A DNA stretch of 64,000 bases, taken from contig OZ024749.1 of NCBI GenBank assembly GCA_964016885.1, forward strand, positions 4,216,001 through 4,280,000. The letters are read 5' to 3'. The notes below the pieces were generated by a model. That model was not told the origin of the DNA and ran no database searches. It was given only the letters and a program-made list of their open reading frames with translations. Made by a program: the position numbers and the translations under genes. Below, in pieces: positions 27,782 through 43,369 of this stretch. This stretch comes from Eledone cirrhosa. Taxonomy: Eukaryota. Position 1 is the first letter of the stretch. The number at the start of each line of letters is the position of its first letter.

Positions 27782-27939
27782 AAGATAGATATGTGTATGC
27801 GTATTTTTTACGTAACGTGCAATTTTAACTTGGCTTTGAAGAGAGAAAGAAATGACTGCACCACAGGCGCACGTGTGTTTGTTGAGAATATATAAATGTG
27901 TACGCGTTCACATATATAGTATACATGTGAACATGTATG

Positions 27940-28016
<77 letters not shown>

Positions 28017-28429
28017 TATAGGTATATAATATGATTTGTCTATGTATATATGGGTACATATTGGTATATATATAACGATACATACATATATACATATATA
28101 CACATAAGCGATAATGAGAAAGTAATTTCATGAGGACAGTTCATCAGAACCTTCGAATATCCGAACATCCTGCCATCTACAATCTAAAATACTCCATCAG
28201 TTTGTATTATATCCACTGGTATATTGTAACTTAATTGGCAAATTGGCAACCAGCTGTAGAACCGGATGTTCATAGCGGATTTAATCTTGCTTAAGTTGGC
28301 ACTGTCTTTATCTTCTTTCTTCCTCTCTCTCTGCTCTCTCTCTCTCCCTCTATCTATATCCCCCTCTCTGGAACAGTCAATATGGAGTCGCCAAGGGGTG
28401 TAATATCTTCTCGTTATTTCCCTTGTCAA

Positions 28430-29200
28430 TTTGTTGTTGTTCTTGTTTCATTCTTTTTTGTTTTATTTGTATTTTTTTTGTGATTTTATAGCGTCTGTAT
28501 TTTATTTTATTATTAGTCTTGTTTGGTTTTGTCTGTTTTATTGTTAGTTTTGTTTGGTTTTGTCTATATGAATATTTCTTTATTTTCTCTTTCTTTTTTA
28601 AGATGTTCTCTTTCTTTTCAATGTTTACTGTGTGTATTTTTCAAAGTTCTCTGCCTTGTGTGATACCCGACATGGTGTTGTTGTTGGTGTCGCTCGGGAT
28701 TGTGGTCATGTTTCTGCTGCTATTGGTGGTATTCCTGGTGCTGGTGGTGCTGTCGTTGATGGTTTGGACTGTATTAGTGTTGATGTCCGTTACGCTCTTG
28801 TCTGTTTTTGTGGTGGTTGTGTTCATCGTGGTTGTCTTAGTCGGCGGTGAACTTTGTAGTGGTGGAAGTGGTATTGTCGTTGATGGGTGACTGTGGTCAT
28901 TGTAGTGGTGCTGTTGTTGGTGTTGGTAGTTAGTTTTATAAATGTGGACATATTGGTATTGTTTTTGTCGGTGGCTGTGATCGTTTTGGTGATGTTGGTC
29001 TTCATGCATGTCAGTCGTGATAGTGGTGGTGGTGGGTGGAACCTTTATTTGTGTTGGCGGAGATTGACATCATTGTGGATCATAGTGTTTATGGTATTGT
29101 TGGTTCGTTCGGTATTGCCGGGTTTGGTGATGGTTGATGTTGGTGATGTATTATGCTGTACAACATGATTGCTTCTTTTCATGAAGTGTAGAATGCGCTG
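28430..29200 (-). other. Thr/Asn-rich low-complexity tract, possibly the ORF1 tail of a Tx1-like LINE
   Basis: Composition resembles 20600-21150; no diagnostic motif. Confidence 0.25.
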
Positions 29201-30910
29201 GCAAGCTGGCAATCAAGCAATACAAAAAGAAGAAAAGATAAACCAATGTCGTATTTAGCAATTAGTTTAACGGATTTAAGCCGATGTCTTAATCCTTGAA
29301 ATTATCTATTGAGCAAACATCACGCTGTTTTCGTTGTGGAATGTTCTTCTATAAATTCATCAGTGCTTATCATTTAATTATTCCATCATTAATTCTTAAC
29401 ACCTGGTAATGATTTGAGAAAAGTTAACAAGAGAATTGTTTATTCAAATATTTATAGTACCTTTATTTAAAGAGACATCATTATGAAAATCTGGTTTCAC
29501 GCGGTACAGTAGGTTACAATTTACAAACAGAATACTATGATGCTAATATATCGTGTGGGAGAGGAGAGAGTGCTGATTAAACATTAATCAAAATATATAA
29601 GTTATAATTATGACGAGATGCTTTCTCGGTTTAGGTTAACTCGTGGAATCTCTTGGTTCGAAACACTTCTTTCGAGACATGACGAATATATGTATATATT
29701 TTACAATGATATATACATATTGTACAACATATAGGGTGTGTGTGAATCGATTACCTGCCCTAGGTGTTTGGAAGCTACTCTATGTATCGATGTTTAAACC
29801 TTTTTCTGGCATTAGACTTAATCCTTCTCAAGGACATTGTCTACTTTGTTGGAAGCAATCGGTTAAATCTTGTGATTCGAGGATTCCTTTCAACTTCTCT
29901 TCCTCGTATTAACTGTGTCGGCCTCAAATACGTATAATTATGCGAGCCTTCTCTCATGTTTAAGGAATATGTTTCACAATGTGATTTCAACTCAAAAGAG
30001 GTATAACTATAAAACACAAATTATACCCGTGCCTTAAGCATTCTGTCAAGCGCTACTGGAGCGGCAGAATGTACTGAAATGTTAGCAGGTAGTATAATTC
30101 AACACGGTCTCGCATAAAATCAATATTTCCACAATAGCCACCTGTTGAATAGAAAAATCCAGTTCATTGGCAAATATGCTGAGATAAAGTTATATATAAC
30201 CGGATCTTGTTCGTTTCAAACTTCCTCACTAGACACCACCATGCCAGAAGGAAACGGTCTTCAAAAGTTTTCTTACGTTTAAAAAGAAAAGCAAAACATT
30301 AAAAAATAAAAGAAAAAAACATATTGTAAGCATGAAAAAATAAGCGGTTCAGAATTTGTTCCTCGTTGGTTTTTTAAATAATATATTCCACGAAATCATA
30401 TAACTGAAAGAAAAATATTAAAAAAATAACTTTAAATTTTAGTGCATTTCCAACACTATTCAAAACTTTTCCTCAGAAACTTTTCAAATAGCTGTTAATA
30501 ATATAAATATACAATTTATAGTCTATGAAACTGCGTAACATATATCAGAGTATATGACTGCTTGAATTGAACCAATTTCAATACATTATGTGTTAGGCTC
30601 CCGGAAATAATTCAATGACGAAATTTCATCATAGAAACTCTCATAATTGGAAGGAAAATATTTCCGTTTTATTATTGGAAAAATCAGGAAAACGTTTTGG
30701 AAGAAGGTATAAAACTATTTACCTTTCGTATCGTGTCATTACATTAAAAATATTTCAATGAAATAGTTGTAATTAATATGAAAAAACAACACCATTCTCA
30801 GGCGTATACGTATGTATAATGTATATATTTACGTTTGTGCCTATGTATATATGTGTGCATATATGAACATACACATGTATATCTATTGGCTGACTATACA
30901 CACTTATGTG

Positions 30911-30963
<53 letters not shown>

Positions 30964-30974
30964 ATATGTATATT

Positions 30975-31042
<68 letters not shown>

Positions 31043-31089
31043 GATATATATATACATAAATATAAATAAATATACGTATATAGATATAG

Positions 31090-33220
31090 ATATGCACAAA
31101 ATATTACATATATACCTATATATATACATACATACCTACATACATACATAAAAAGACATTCATGTATACAATACGTAGATACTTACATACATACATGCAT
31201 AGATACTTGCATACATACATACATACAGACAGACATACATACTTACATATATACATACATGCATTCATGCATACAAACACATACATATTTACATTCATAC
31301 ATACATATATACATATATACATACGTATATACGTAAATACATATATACCTGCCTACATACATTGATACAAACATAAATCCATGCATGCATTACATACATA
31401 GTTACATACCTGCATACATATATATATATACTTACATACTTACATGCATGCATGCATACCTATATACATACAAACATTCATGCATGCAATAGATATATAT
31501 ACTTACATATAGGCATACATTCGGGCACACATACATACACACATACCTACATACATGCATACATTTGTGCACACATGCATATATACCTACATACATACAT
31601 ACATTCGTGCGTGCATACATACATAAATACATACATGCATACATTCGTGCACACATACATACATACATACATACATGCATACATTCGTGCATGCATACAT
31701 ACATACATACATACGTGTGTGCACACATACACACATACATACATACACGCGTGCACACATACACACATACATACATACACGCATACATGCATATACTCGT
31801 GTACACATGGTGGCTGCCAACTCGTTTTCGAGTACGGCCACTACTTTATATCCATGTAGGAGAACCCCTACCGATGCGCTGAACGAATGTGACTTTTTAG
31901 TCCAGCCAGCGACTTGAAAACTCTGGTACAAAGCCCACACTTGTGACCATTATTGACACATAGTGCAGGGCCCATGATACCATGTGATGACAAGTGCAGA
32001 GAGATCTCCAGATATAAAGCAATGCCTGTGCTGTGAAGCTTTTATAGTGAGCAAAGGCACTGCACAAAGCCAGTCCCACTCTCTCAACCAAGATGATATT
32101 TACCAAAAAGAAGAACAAGTCAACATCATTGGATACCATCAGGGTTGCAGGTGTTATATCAGAGTTTTCCTTCTCCTAGAATTCTGCCTTGACAAAGGCT
32201 AAGGGGTCATCTCTCCCGGTGATTTTGGATGGCGGCTATTGAGTCTTAAGAGCTCCCTTGCCCTTTGACAGGTTTTGTTTTTAGTCCTGCAGGATGTCCA
32301 AAGTCACCCTCCTCACCAAGAAACCTTGGTGGGGTTGCCAGTTTAGTCGCCAACGACCCGACCATGAGACAGGTTGTACTGGGATACATGTTACCAGTAG
32401 CACCAACTGGTGACCTGACATACGTATATACATACATACATACATAGATGCATACATTCGTGCACACATACATACAGACATACGTACATACATACATGCA
32501 TACATTCATGCACACATACATACATACATACATACATACATACATACATACATACATACATGCGTGCACACATACACACATAAATACATACACGCATACA
32601 TGCATATATTCGTGTACACATACATACATATATACATGCGTGTACACATACACACATACATACATACATACATACATGCATACATTCATGCACATATACA
32701 TACATACATGCGTGCACACATAGACACATACATAATTACACACATACATCCATATATTCGTGTACACATACATACATACATACACGCATGCATACATTCG
32801 TGCACACATACATACATACATACCTACATACATACATGCATACATTCGTGCACACATACATACATACATACATACATACATACATACATTCGTGCACACA
32901 TACACACATACATACATACACGCATACAGGCATATATTCGTGTACACATACATACATACATACATGCATGCATACGTTCGTGCACACATACTTACATACA
33001 TACATACATGCATACATTTGTGCACACATACATAAATACATACATACATGCGTGCACACATACACACATACATACATACACGCATACAGGCACATATTCG
33101 TGTACACATACATAAATACATACATGCATACATTCGTGCACACATACATACATATATACCTACATACATACATGCATACATTCGTGCACACATTCATACA
33201 TACATACATACATGCATACA

Positions 33221-33254
<34 letters not shown>

Positions 33255-33345
33255 CATACATACATACATGCGTGCACACATACATACATACAGACATACA
33301 TACACGCATACATGCATATATTCGTGCACATATATACACATATAA
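31090..33345. repeat. Large (TACA)n-derived compound satellite with repeating TTCGTGCACAC/CACGCATAC sub-units
   Basis: Directly visible; interrupted at 31810-32420. Confidence 0.92.
31810..32420 (-). mobile_element. Probable RTE-type LINE 5' region inserted in the TACA satellite
   Basis: Unique GC-richer island; TTTTCCTTCTCCTAG..CAAAGGCTAAG and GGTGGGGTTGCCAGTTTAGTCGCC..GACCCG resemble reverse-complemented RTE 5' UTR motifs (recalled, not searched). Confidence 0.5.
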
Positions 33346-33988
33346 ATGCTTGTCGTTGACGATGCGAGCATACGTAGAAAGTCTAATTACATGTGTAGTA
33401 TGTGAAAACATTATTGTTATTTTCTACTTGGTATACGTTTTAAAAGTATACAAACATATCGCTATACATATAAGAATCTCTATACCTACGTTTATATTAA
33501 TTTCTTCCGTAGAAGCGTCATTATACTTATTATAAAACACATAGATATGTGGTAATACGCCATATTTAGGTGTATATCTCTGTACTTGTATATGTGAGTG
33601 TGTGTTAATTTCTTCCGGAGAAGCTTTATTATACGATACTTATAATAACACACATATATATATGGTAATACGCCCGCTACGCAATAAGAATACGAAAGTC
33701 TGAAATATATCGTGATAGTTTTACTTTTGTCGATTTTATTTCTAGCCGAACGTATCTAATTACTAAATATTCAATTGAATATAAATTGGATTCATTATTT
33801 TGCTTTATTATTTGGCAAAGAAATCGAAGTAAATTCGATCATGAATATTTAATTGCATTTTGTTTGTTCTGTTTACATCAACAAATTTTGAGTTGGAGGA
33901 ATAAGTGTATGACTTTATATACGATAGATGTACACCTCTCTCTCTCTCTCACTCTCTCTCTCTCTCTCATCCCCTCTCTCTCTCTCTA

Positions 33989-34059
<71 letters not shown>

Positions 34060-34124
34060 CATATATATATATATGTATGTATATATATATATATATATAT
34101 ATATACAAGCACACACACATATGT

Positions 34125-34204
<80 letters not shown>

Positions 34205-34319
34205 ATATATATATATACATATATATATTACTGAGCGTCTGCTCAACTATTTGTATGGAGATATTCATATGAATTTGCGACAGCAAACATTCAAGCACCG
34301 CATATACACACATATGTAG

Positions 34320-34425
<106 letters not shown>

Positions 34426-34470
34426 TATATAATATATATATATATACACACACACACACACCACACACAC

Positions 34471-34503
<33 letters not shown>

Positions 34504-34726
34504 ATATATATATATGTGTGTGAGAGAGAGAGGGATGGGGAGAGAGTAATTTATAGGTGTATATATGTATGTTAGGCATGTATATATACACATACATTTG
34601 CAGTGTTTACATGTATCGCATTTGTTTTATGAATCAAACATATTTTGAAACATTTCTAATAAACACTATGTTACATCAAATTAACTTATAAGTATACACA
34701 TAACAATGTTCACATGTAATTATATA

Positions 34727-34782
<56 letters not shown>

Positions 34783-35467
34783 ATGGTTGTGGTGGTGATG
34801 GTGGTGGTGCTGGTGCGTGTAGTAGTAGTAGTAGTAGTATACAAAATAATGTGTTTTAGGTGTATTTCAAAGAGCCACACTTGTGAGACAAAATGTCGCG
34901 CCGAATCTCCCTGAGACGTATGTTACATGTGAACATATTGTGGAATGAGCAGTCAATTACACGCTAATTTGACGAATAGGGTTTTCTTTTCTTCAAACAA
35001 ATGCCATACAGTTCGTTGGAACTGAAGTGTATACAGCAAACAACACAGCATATTCTCATATCGCTATGATTGTCACTCATCCACATGCTGTACATAGGCC
35101 TAAACAAATCTCAAGCCACTAATAATATTGAAAGAGCCATATTTATAGGTGATAGTTTCCCCGACTAATCGGTTGGAGAACAAAGAGATCGCTCATCATT
35201 TAGTTCGAAACAAGCTGTCGGTTGCTATACAGAACTATTGCAAAGTGTATACAAATGACGGTTAAAACGAAATATTTTCTGGCATAATTTTGCTCTACGG
35301 AGATTTGTTTTAAAAGCTGGGTACTTCTAGTAAAACAAGCCCTGTTCTTTAGATAAGGCTTCTAGCACAAAACCGTGTAGTATATCCGAGATATTACTAT
35401 AGGTTAATTAATCCCTTTGTGACAATTGCGGCTAGAATACTGGTTTCTGATTTAGGATACACATCAA

Positions 35468-35642
35468 TTTTGAGGAGAGGAAAGTCGATTAAATTGACCT
35501 CAGCGTGCTACAGGTACTTTATTTTATCGACCCCGTAAGGAGGAAATAAATATAACACCGGCATGATTTGAACTCAGAATGTAAATGGCCGTAATGATAT
35601 GCTGCCAAGCATATTGTTCGCCGAACAAATCAATCCACCTGC
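35468..35642 (-). mobile_element. Octopus-type tRNA-derived SINE
   Basis: GGTACTTTATTTTATCGACCCCGTAAGG..GATTTGAACTCAGAA..AATCCACC is the reverse complement of the family. Confidence 0.75.
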
Positions 35643-36705
35643 ATTTGGGTCTACAATAATAAAATATCAATAATTGATAACATACAATGGAAGTTCATTC
35701 ATACATGTAGACATTCGCAGAGAAATTGAAATTTACATTCATTGTTATATATTATGAACTATTTTATAAATGGAGGGATTAGAGGAATACATACAGCGTA
35801 GCCTCTCTGTAATGTTACAACCATGTCTTCAATGATTTCACTAAGTAGCTTTGAGGAACTGAGTATACACATCGCAGCTTCCTATAGAAAAACAATTTCC
35901 CTCTCCACCCTGATTAAGATGCAAATTGAATCCTAGAATATGAAGCCTATTCTGAGACGTTTTACACGTTTCCTCTACCAAAACCTCTCTGAATTGTTCG
36001 GGTATACGGAAATGTATTCCTATATGAGTACAAACAGGAAACGACGGTTGAGCTTACATTCAAACATACAAGCTGGTCACTATCAAATGATGTACCAGTT
36101 TGGCTGATGGTTGGTCCAAAAGGTAATCTTCACGGAGTAATCTTCAATGCGTGTTTGGAGCATGTAATCCCCGCCTCCAAATTCCCAAATATCTGATGCG
36201 AGTTAGTCTAACCTGCAGCAGAGTCATATTCAAACGTACAATTAAGATCCAGTTTCACCATTTCACCCCACTTGTAAATATGCGATAGCAAACGTGGAAC
36301 TAGGCATGGCATACCAAATAGTAAGGAACCCTCTTGCAAAACGGGAACAAATAGGAATTCCCCCCTCCCCCACACAATCACACACGTAAACTCTTCTGTT
36401 ACACAAGTAACCGTGCCTTTCCCTCCATTTTCCGTGTTTCCTATATTTTCTTATTTTACATATCATTCTTTCGTCTCAATCTTTTTTTTTTTTTTTCACT
36501 TTCTATTAATTGTATCTAAAGGTTAAAAAGAAATGTATAAGTGGCAGGAAATTGAAAACCTTGTCTACATAGTTGTATATTTCGATTGGTTCTCTCTCGA
36601 AAGCGCGTCCTTCCATTTATTATAAACTTTGCTAACTATATACTGATAATCTGAAAATACGGCAAGTATTATATACTAAGTAAATATTCGAGTAACACAA
36701 ATTCA

Positions 36706-36762
<57 letters not shown>

Positions 36763-36929
36763 AATATTATAAGGAAGAGACCAGCCCAGAGTAGATCCAG
36801 TGCAAACTACATCTAGAACAAGAGATTCAATGAAACCACACCAATGCAAAGATTACGAGTAATATGAGAAATATCCCATCCTCTCAGTGTAGGCTTATTG
36901 AGGAATGGTGTTTGGAATATATATATATG

Positions 36930-37010
<81 letters not shown>

Positions 37011-37583
37011 AGAGAGAGAGAGAGAGGGAGAGAGAGAGAGAGAGAGAGAAGAGGGTTCGAACGAGAGAAAGAGATAGAGGGAGAGGAGACAGAGAGAGAT
37101 ACATCTCTCAATGTTTCAATAATTAAAGTTCATTACTATACTGAGACCTATGCAAAGACTATGAAAATCTTTTATCACTCCTAAATGATTTTCATTTTCC
37201 TGGTTTCTCTATTTCGTTTTCTATTATTTGTTTTCTTCCTATCACTTCTTTACTATTCTATTTCTGTTACTTTTCCATTCGATGATAAAAACCGTTCACC
37301 AGTTAAAACAAAACCACATTTCTATTGTTTCAGTTTGATCATTCCCTCTCAGTTATTTCGTTAAATCATACAGATATGGTTGTTTTCACAATTCCCAGGC
37401 TGTTTTTGACGCTATATCTGATGCATTTAACCTTAATAAAGAATTGCCTTCTAATGAATCGTTCATAATTCAGAGAAGCGTCATTTCAACCATCACTATT
37501 TCTGTTTATGTTTTGCCTGGTATTTGTTTCGTCTTGATTTCCTCTTGGAACTGCGTCTCTATACACACGCACACACACACACA

Positions 37584-37644
<61 letters not shown>

Positions 37645-37655
37645 TTATATATATA

Positions 37656-37700
<45 letters not shown>

Positions 37701-38689
37701 ATTATAATGTTTGTGTGTGTGTATGTGTGTGTGTGTGGGGGGTGGGGGGTCATGTGCGTGTGTATACATTTATATGTACTCACATATCAATAAGTGCGTG
37801 TGAGCAAGTGTGCGTATTCGATTGTGAGTGTGTGTGTCTAACTCTTTCTCTCTCACACATCATATCTGCATCTCTACGTTTCCTCTCTCTCTCTCTCTAA
37901 CTATCCGTGTCTTACTCTCTCTCTCTCTCCCTCTCTCCCTCTCTCTCTCCCTATATATATATATACATATATATGTATATATACATATATATAATGTGTT
38001 TTTATTGTCCCCAAAAAATCGAAATGTTTGCAAACATAGCAACTCTTCTGGATTAACAATGGAAATATAGATAACAGACAAACAGAAATTCATAACCAGT
38101 TTGATTTACACAATACCCTTATAACACTCTGTTCGCCGTGTGAAATAGATTGTTAATGCTAAAATAATAGCGGCCAGGGGAACAATAGACAGTCAGACTA
38201 AAGTCATTTCACAGCTAAACTTTGCTTAATCTTCTGCTTTAACGTAAGTTCAAATACTGCTGTGTCGACTTTTCTCCAATTACTGCCAGAGTGGGGATTT
38301 CTTTTTCTTTCTTTTTTTGTTGTTGTTGTTTTTTTTTATACATGCTTGATTCGTTAGACTAAAGTCATGATGCTGAAACTTTGCCTCACTTTAAATGACC
38401 AAATCATCCCCAGAATCTTTTTTATTACATGTCAGGTAATTATTTTGTCAGTTCTTCGTTTACCGAACACAAGTTAACTGAGATGCACACACATACACAG
38501 ATACATACACACATGATGATGGCTGCCCCTTCGTTATCGAGTAAGGCCATTCCAAGATATACCATTATACATATATACATACATACACACACAGATACAT
38601 AAACACATACACACATGCATACATACATGCATACATACCTGATGATTGTTAATGATATTTAATATAAAAGAGAGGTGCTCGGTAAATTG

Positions 38690-39040
38690 TTGAAAGTGGG
38701 TGAGCTCAGGAAAGTTTGTTAGTATTCCACAGACACGTGTTTGGTAGTCGACTAGAAGAACGAAAGTTTAAGATGATTGATCTAAAGAACAGTGGACTAG
38801 CCATATTAAGGTAGCTTAACACTCAACTCACACATCTTCACTTAACGTATTCTTCTGGGAAATTCAACATATCTCATTGTGCGACAAGTCTGGCCCTTTG
38901 AATAACAAGTACAACATTTGTTTAATCCGTCTGAGAGGAAAGCAATATATTGATAGAGAGAGACTAGACGGTACGTAAGTAATCGAACTTACGACATTAA
39001 GATTGTGAGCTGAATATCTTGACCATTAAACCTCATGCCT
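38690..39040 (-). mobile_element. Other SINE family copy (degenerate)
   Basis: Reverse tRNA-like head AATCGAACTTACGAC..GATTGTGAGCTGAATA..ACCATTAAACC; a related plus-strand copy lies near 47985-48260. Confidence 0.45.
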
Positions 39041-39468
39041 TAACCAATGAAAACGTATCAACACATACACAGTTTCTATAGAACCAGTAATGTACTGGTT
39101 AATTGCTGGCCCTGTGCCTAAAATAGAAACAATTATATATTGAAACATGAGAACTCTTTTTAAACTGAAAGGAAGTGCATTCACTGGTGTGTTATTTCGT
39201 ATTGATAAGATTCTAATATGGTTTCAACATGAAACAATCTGTATGAACTTCCGGTTTATACTGACCCGAGAGACAAACTGCAGCTTTAAAACCGGATATT
39301 GTACCAACTGATTTATTTCTGAGTAAAACGTATGTCTATGAGTGTAAATGATATATCTTTGAATATATGCATATGTGCATATATACAGACTCACACACAC
39401 ACATACACACACAAACACAAACACATATATATATATATATATATACATACATGTATATATACGTGTAC

Positions 39469-39516
<48 letters not shown>

Positions 39517-39726
39517 ATATATATATGTAGACGCGTTCTTGAGACTAGTAAAATGAGGTATCCTCTTGATAAGTCGGCAGACCTCGCAGGGACTCTATAT
39601 CTTTATGATATATTGTTCTTGTTTATGCCACGAAACTACGTAGTCGAGGAATTTAGGAGCAGTTTAGGTATGATACATTTTATTACTAATTATATCTAAA
39701 TGTTTCTTCTCTCTTCATAATGTATT

Positions 39727-39824
<98 letters not shown>

Positions 39825-39839
39825 ATATACATATGTGTA

Positions 39840-39936
<97 letters not shown>

Positions 39937-39938
39937 AA

Positions 39939-39971
<33 letters not shown>

Positions 39972-39977
<6 letters not shown>

Positions 39978-40680
39978 GACTAGAAATTCATTAACATATA
40001 GATAAACATGAATAATCACATGAGATAATTTTTACAAGAGTGTAACCACACATAGCTAGGTAGGTAACTTAATAAAGTTAACTAGAACTTCAAAAATAGA
40101 TACCTTATAATATGATTAAACTTCCCTGTATATATTCCATTAGAGAAATATATTTCACCAATTAATCGGATGGTAATCCACGGAAGTGGATACTTAGATT
40201 TTCAACAAGGAAGAAGTTCCAGCGATCCGTTTTTACACTTCAAGTTCAAATCAGCGACTGGCCAGTAACACGTGCTATATCTACTAGAAATGCACACATC
40301 ACACTAGCTTCGCCCTAGTTGAAAATCCAAGTAACCACTTCCGTGCTTTACCATCCGATTAATTGGTGAAATATATTTCTTTAATGTAATATATATAGGG
40401 AAGATTAATCATATTATAAGTATCTATTTTTGAAGTTCTAGTTAACTTTATTTAGTTACCTACCTAGCTATGTGTGGTTACACACTTGTAAAAATTATCT
40501 CATGTGATTATTCATGTTTATTTATATGTTAATCAATTTCTAGTTATTATAAAATGCTCGGACCTACTCATTAGAATCTTAGAGCTTATTTTGCGGGTGA
40601 TATGGCGCATGTCTTTCTGGCATGACACCCATAATTTTGATTTGGATTAAATTCATTTGATTTATCTTAATTTTGGATAT
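39972..40680 (+). mobile_element. Family B fold-back element, second copy
   Basis: ~39972-40205 is inverted against ~40320-40550; tail 40550-40680; homologous to 2228-3105. Confidence 0.8.
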
Positions 40681-40744
40681 ATATATATATACATATATAT
40701 ATATATTATATATATATTTATGTATATATATATATATATATATT

Positions 40745-41196
<452 letters not shown>

Positions 41197-41491
41197 AGCC
41201 AATGCATTATTGTTAAGTGACGCGTAGGAAAACATCTTTTGGATTTAATTGTAATAAATAACCGAACATACCATACTCTCGCATAGATGCACACACACGT
41301 TATTTATATATATATAACTCTATATAACTGCTCTGTAAAACAACTGATGTTATTACATTGAGCTATTTATCTTACTGGTAATAAGATAGTAATGAATGAC
41401 TATCTTTCACTATTTGGGGTTTATATATAAAAAAATATATAACCATAAAAAGTTTTATTATATACATAACCATAAATAGTATCCTTAATAC

Positions 41492-41584
<93 letters not shown>

Positions 41585-41901
41585 GATGCATTAAAAAAAA
41601 ATGAACATATATATGCATATAATTACTCGCACAGACATGCGTATGCACATACATACGTTTGTTCCTATAGCCATGCGCAAATACCCACACAAACAATTTG
41701 ATGCAGAGACGTAACATGAATCATCGCTATATACTCAGTATGTCCGACTATGATAGAATTCTGCCTGAAGTAAACCAATTTTGTAAGTTCAGCATATCTG
41801 CAATATTTACTGTCATTTTTAAGACAAATAAACAAATGGTCAGACAGGCATATAGATACATAGATAGGTCAATATATATACATATATATATATAGATAGG
41901 T

Positions 41902-41937
<36 letters not shown>

Positions 41938-41941
<4 letters not shown>

Positions 41942-42600
41942 GTTTCGTTTTTTCTACCAGCCGAAATACGATTCTCGCTGAATGTATATTTGTATTAATC
42001 TCCCAAGTCTTACAATTAACCTGTTAATAATTCTGTTGACAGATTGAATGCATAAATTTATTTTAAAAACCACCCCGTTGAGGCCTTATTCGATTTCTGC
42101 TATCTATGCAATTGTTTGTATGATATACACATACTGAATTCGTTTGCCAAAATCTGGGGTATTTCCCCTTGTGACTTACACATGTGCATTTACAAAGTTC
42201 TGCGTCACTCACAAAGTTGGTTACAGAACAAAATATCTATTGATAACGTGATATTCCTTGTTCGATCTTTATGTTGAAAGTTTATAGTTTTAAGCAGACA
42301 GTATTATTGATTTAGGTGTCATAGAAGCCCTGCATTTGGATTTTACCATCAATTTCACTTCGGTCCAGGTCTGTTTTTATCTTTATAGTGTTTGACCTGT
42401 TTAGCTTTTGTTTGGCCTGTTTAGCTTGATTTGTTTATTGGCTTAGGTGGTGAATGACTTCTTGACCAGGTTTCAGTTTGTATGGCGTTTTAACATATTC
42501 TTTAGCTCTGGTTTTCTTTACTATTGGAGCGCTTGCCAGCATTTCTACGATTTTGCGTTTCGTTTCGCTTTTTCTACCAGCCGAAATACGATTCTCGCTT
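41938..42600. repeat. (TA)n-flanked element with ~40-bp direct terminal repeats
   Basis: CGTTTCG..TTTTTCTACCAGCCGAAATACGATTCTCGCT at ~41941 and ~42561. Confidence 0.65.
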
Positions 42601-42619
42601 AATTTATATATATATATAT

Positions 42620-42897
42620 GAAAAATGGCGTGCTGCGTGGTTGCAAACGGGTTACATATGAATAAAATTAGTCCTTCATCAGTGATCTTCGAACCTTCAT
42701 TGGTATTTCTTCGCTTTAAAGATCATAAATCTCTGGTTGATGCGAGCAATAACTAAAGAAAGTTATTGGGACACGTAAAATAGGGTGAAGCGAGCGAGAC
42801 ATGTAAACAAACATAGATGGTAATGCAACGGAAAGAGAGGAGGAGAAGAGTCAGGTCCGTGATCTCTATGAACTTAAGTTCAGTGAAATCATAGACG

Positions 42898-42900
<3 letters not shown>
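42620..42900. repeat. Dispersed repeat family D (second copy ~57555-57830)
   Basis: GGGTTACATATG..AGTCCTTCRTCAGTGAT..TTCATTGGTATTTC..GCGAGCAATAACTA is shared between the two sites. Confidence 0.75.
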
Positions 42901-42929
<29 letters not shown>

Positions 42930-43045
42930 AGAGAGAAACTTCAATATATATAAGAAGAAGAAGAAGTACAACAAATTAATGTTTAAGCGAATAATCGCTG
43001 CTTTAACCCTCAACGGGATCTTCTAATCATCGGGTTTATTATATA

Positions 43046-43196
43046 TGTTTGACGTATAGAGTTACGGCCCTTGTCATTATGAGTTCAAATCCCGTCGAGT
43101 TTAACTTTGCCTTTCATCCTTACGGGCTCGATAAATAAAATACCAGTAATGCACTGAGTCATTTGCTGGCCTTGTGCCAAACGTAGAAACAATTAT
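43046..43196 (+). mobile_element. SINE, 5'-truncated
   Basis: GAGTTACGGCCC..GAGTTCAAATCCCGTCGAG..GTAGAAACAATT. Confidence 0.8.
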
Positions 43197-43255
43197 ATAT
43201 ATGTATATCATCCTTCTCGAGCCCTCCTCGGATTTTACTCTTCACATGTATTATT

Positions 43256-43361
<106 letters not shown>

Positions 43362-43369
43362 TGTAGGAG

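Noticed and set aside
28115-28155. Minus-strand CTGATGA..GAAA
   Set aside because: Stem II does not pair; compatible with chance.
36020-36466. Possible host exon in GC-richer unique sequence
   Set aside because: Early stops after the candidate acceptor and no recognisable domain.
42640-42690. CTGATGA/CTGACGA in family D (also ~57611)
   Set aside because: No downstream GAAA or stem I partner in either copy.
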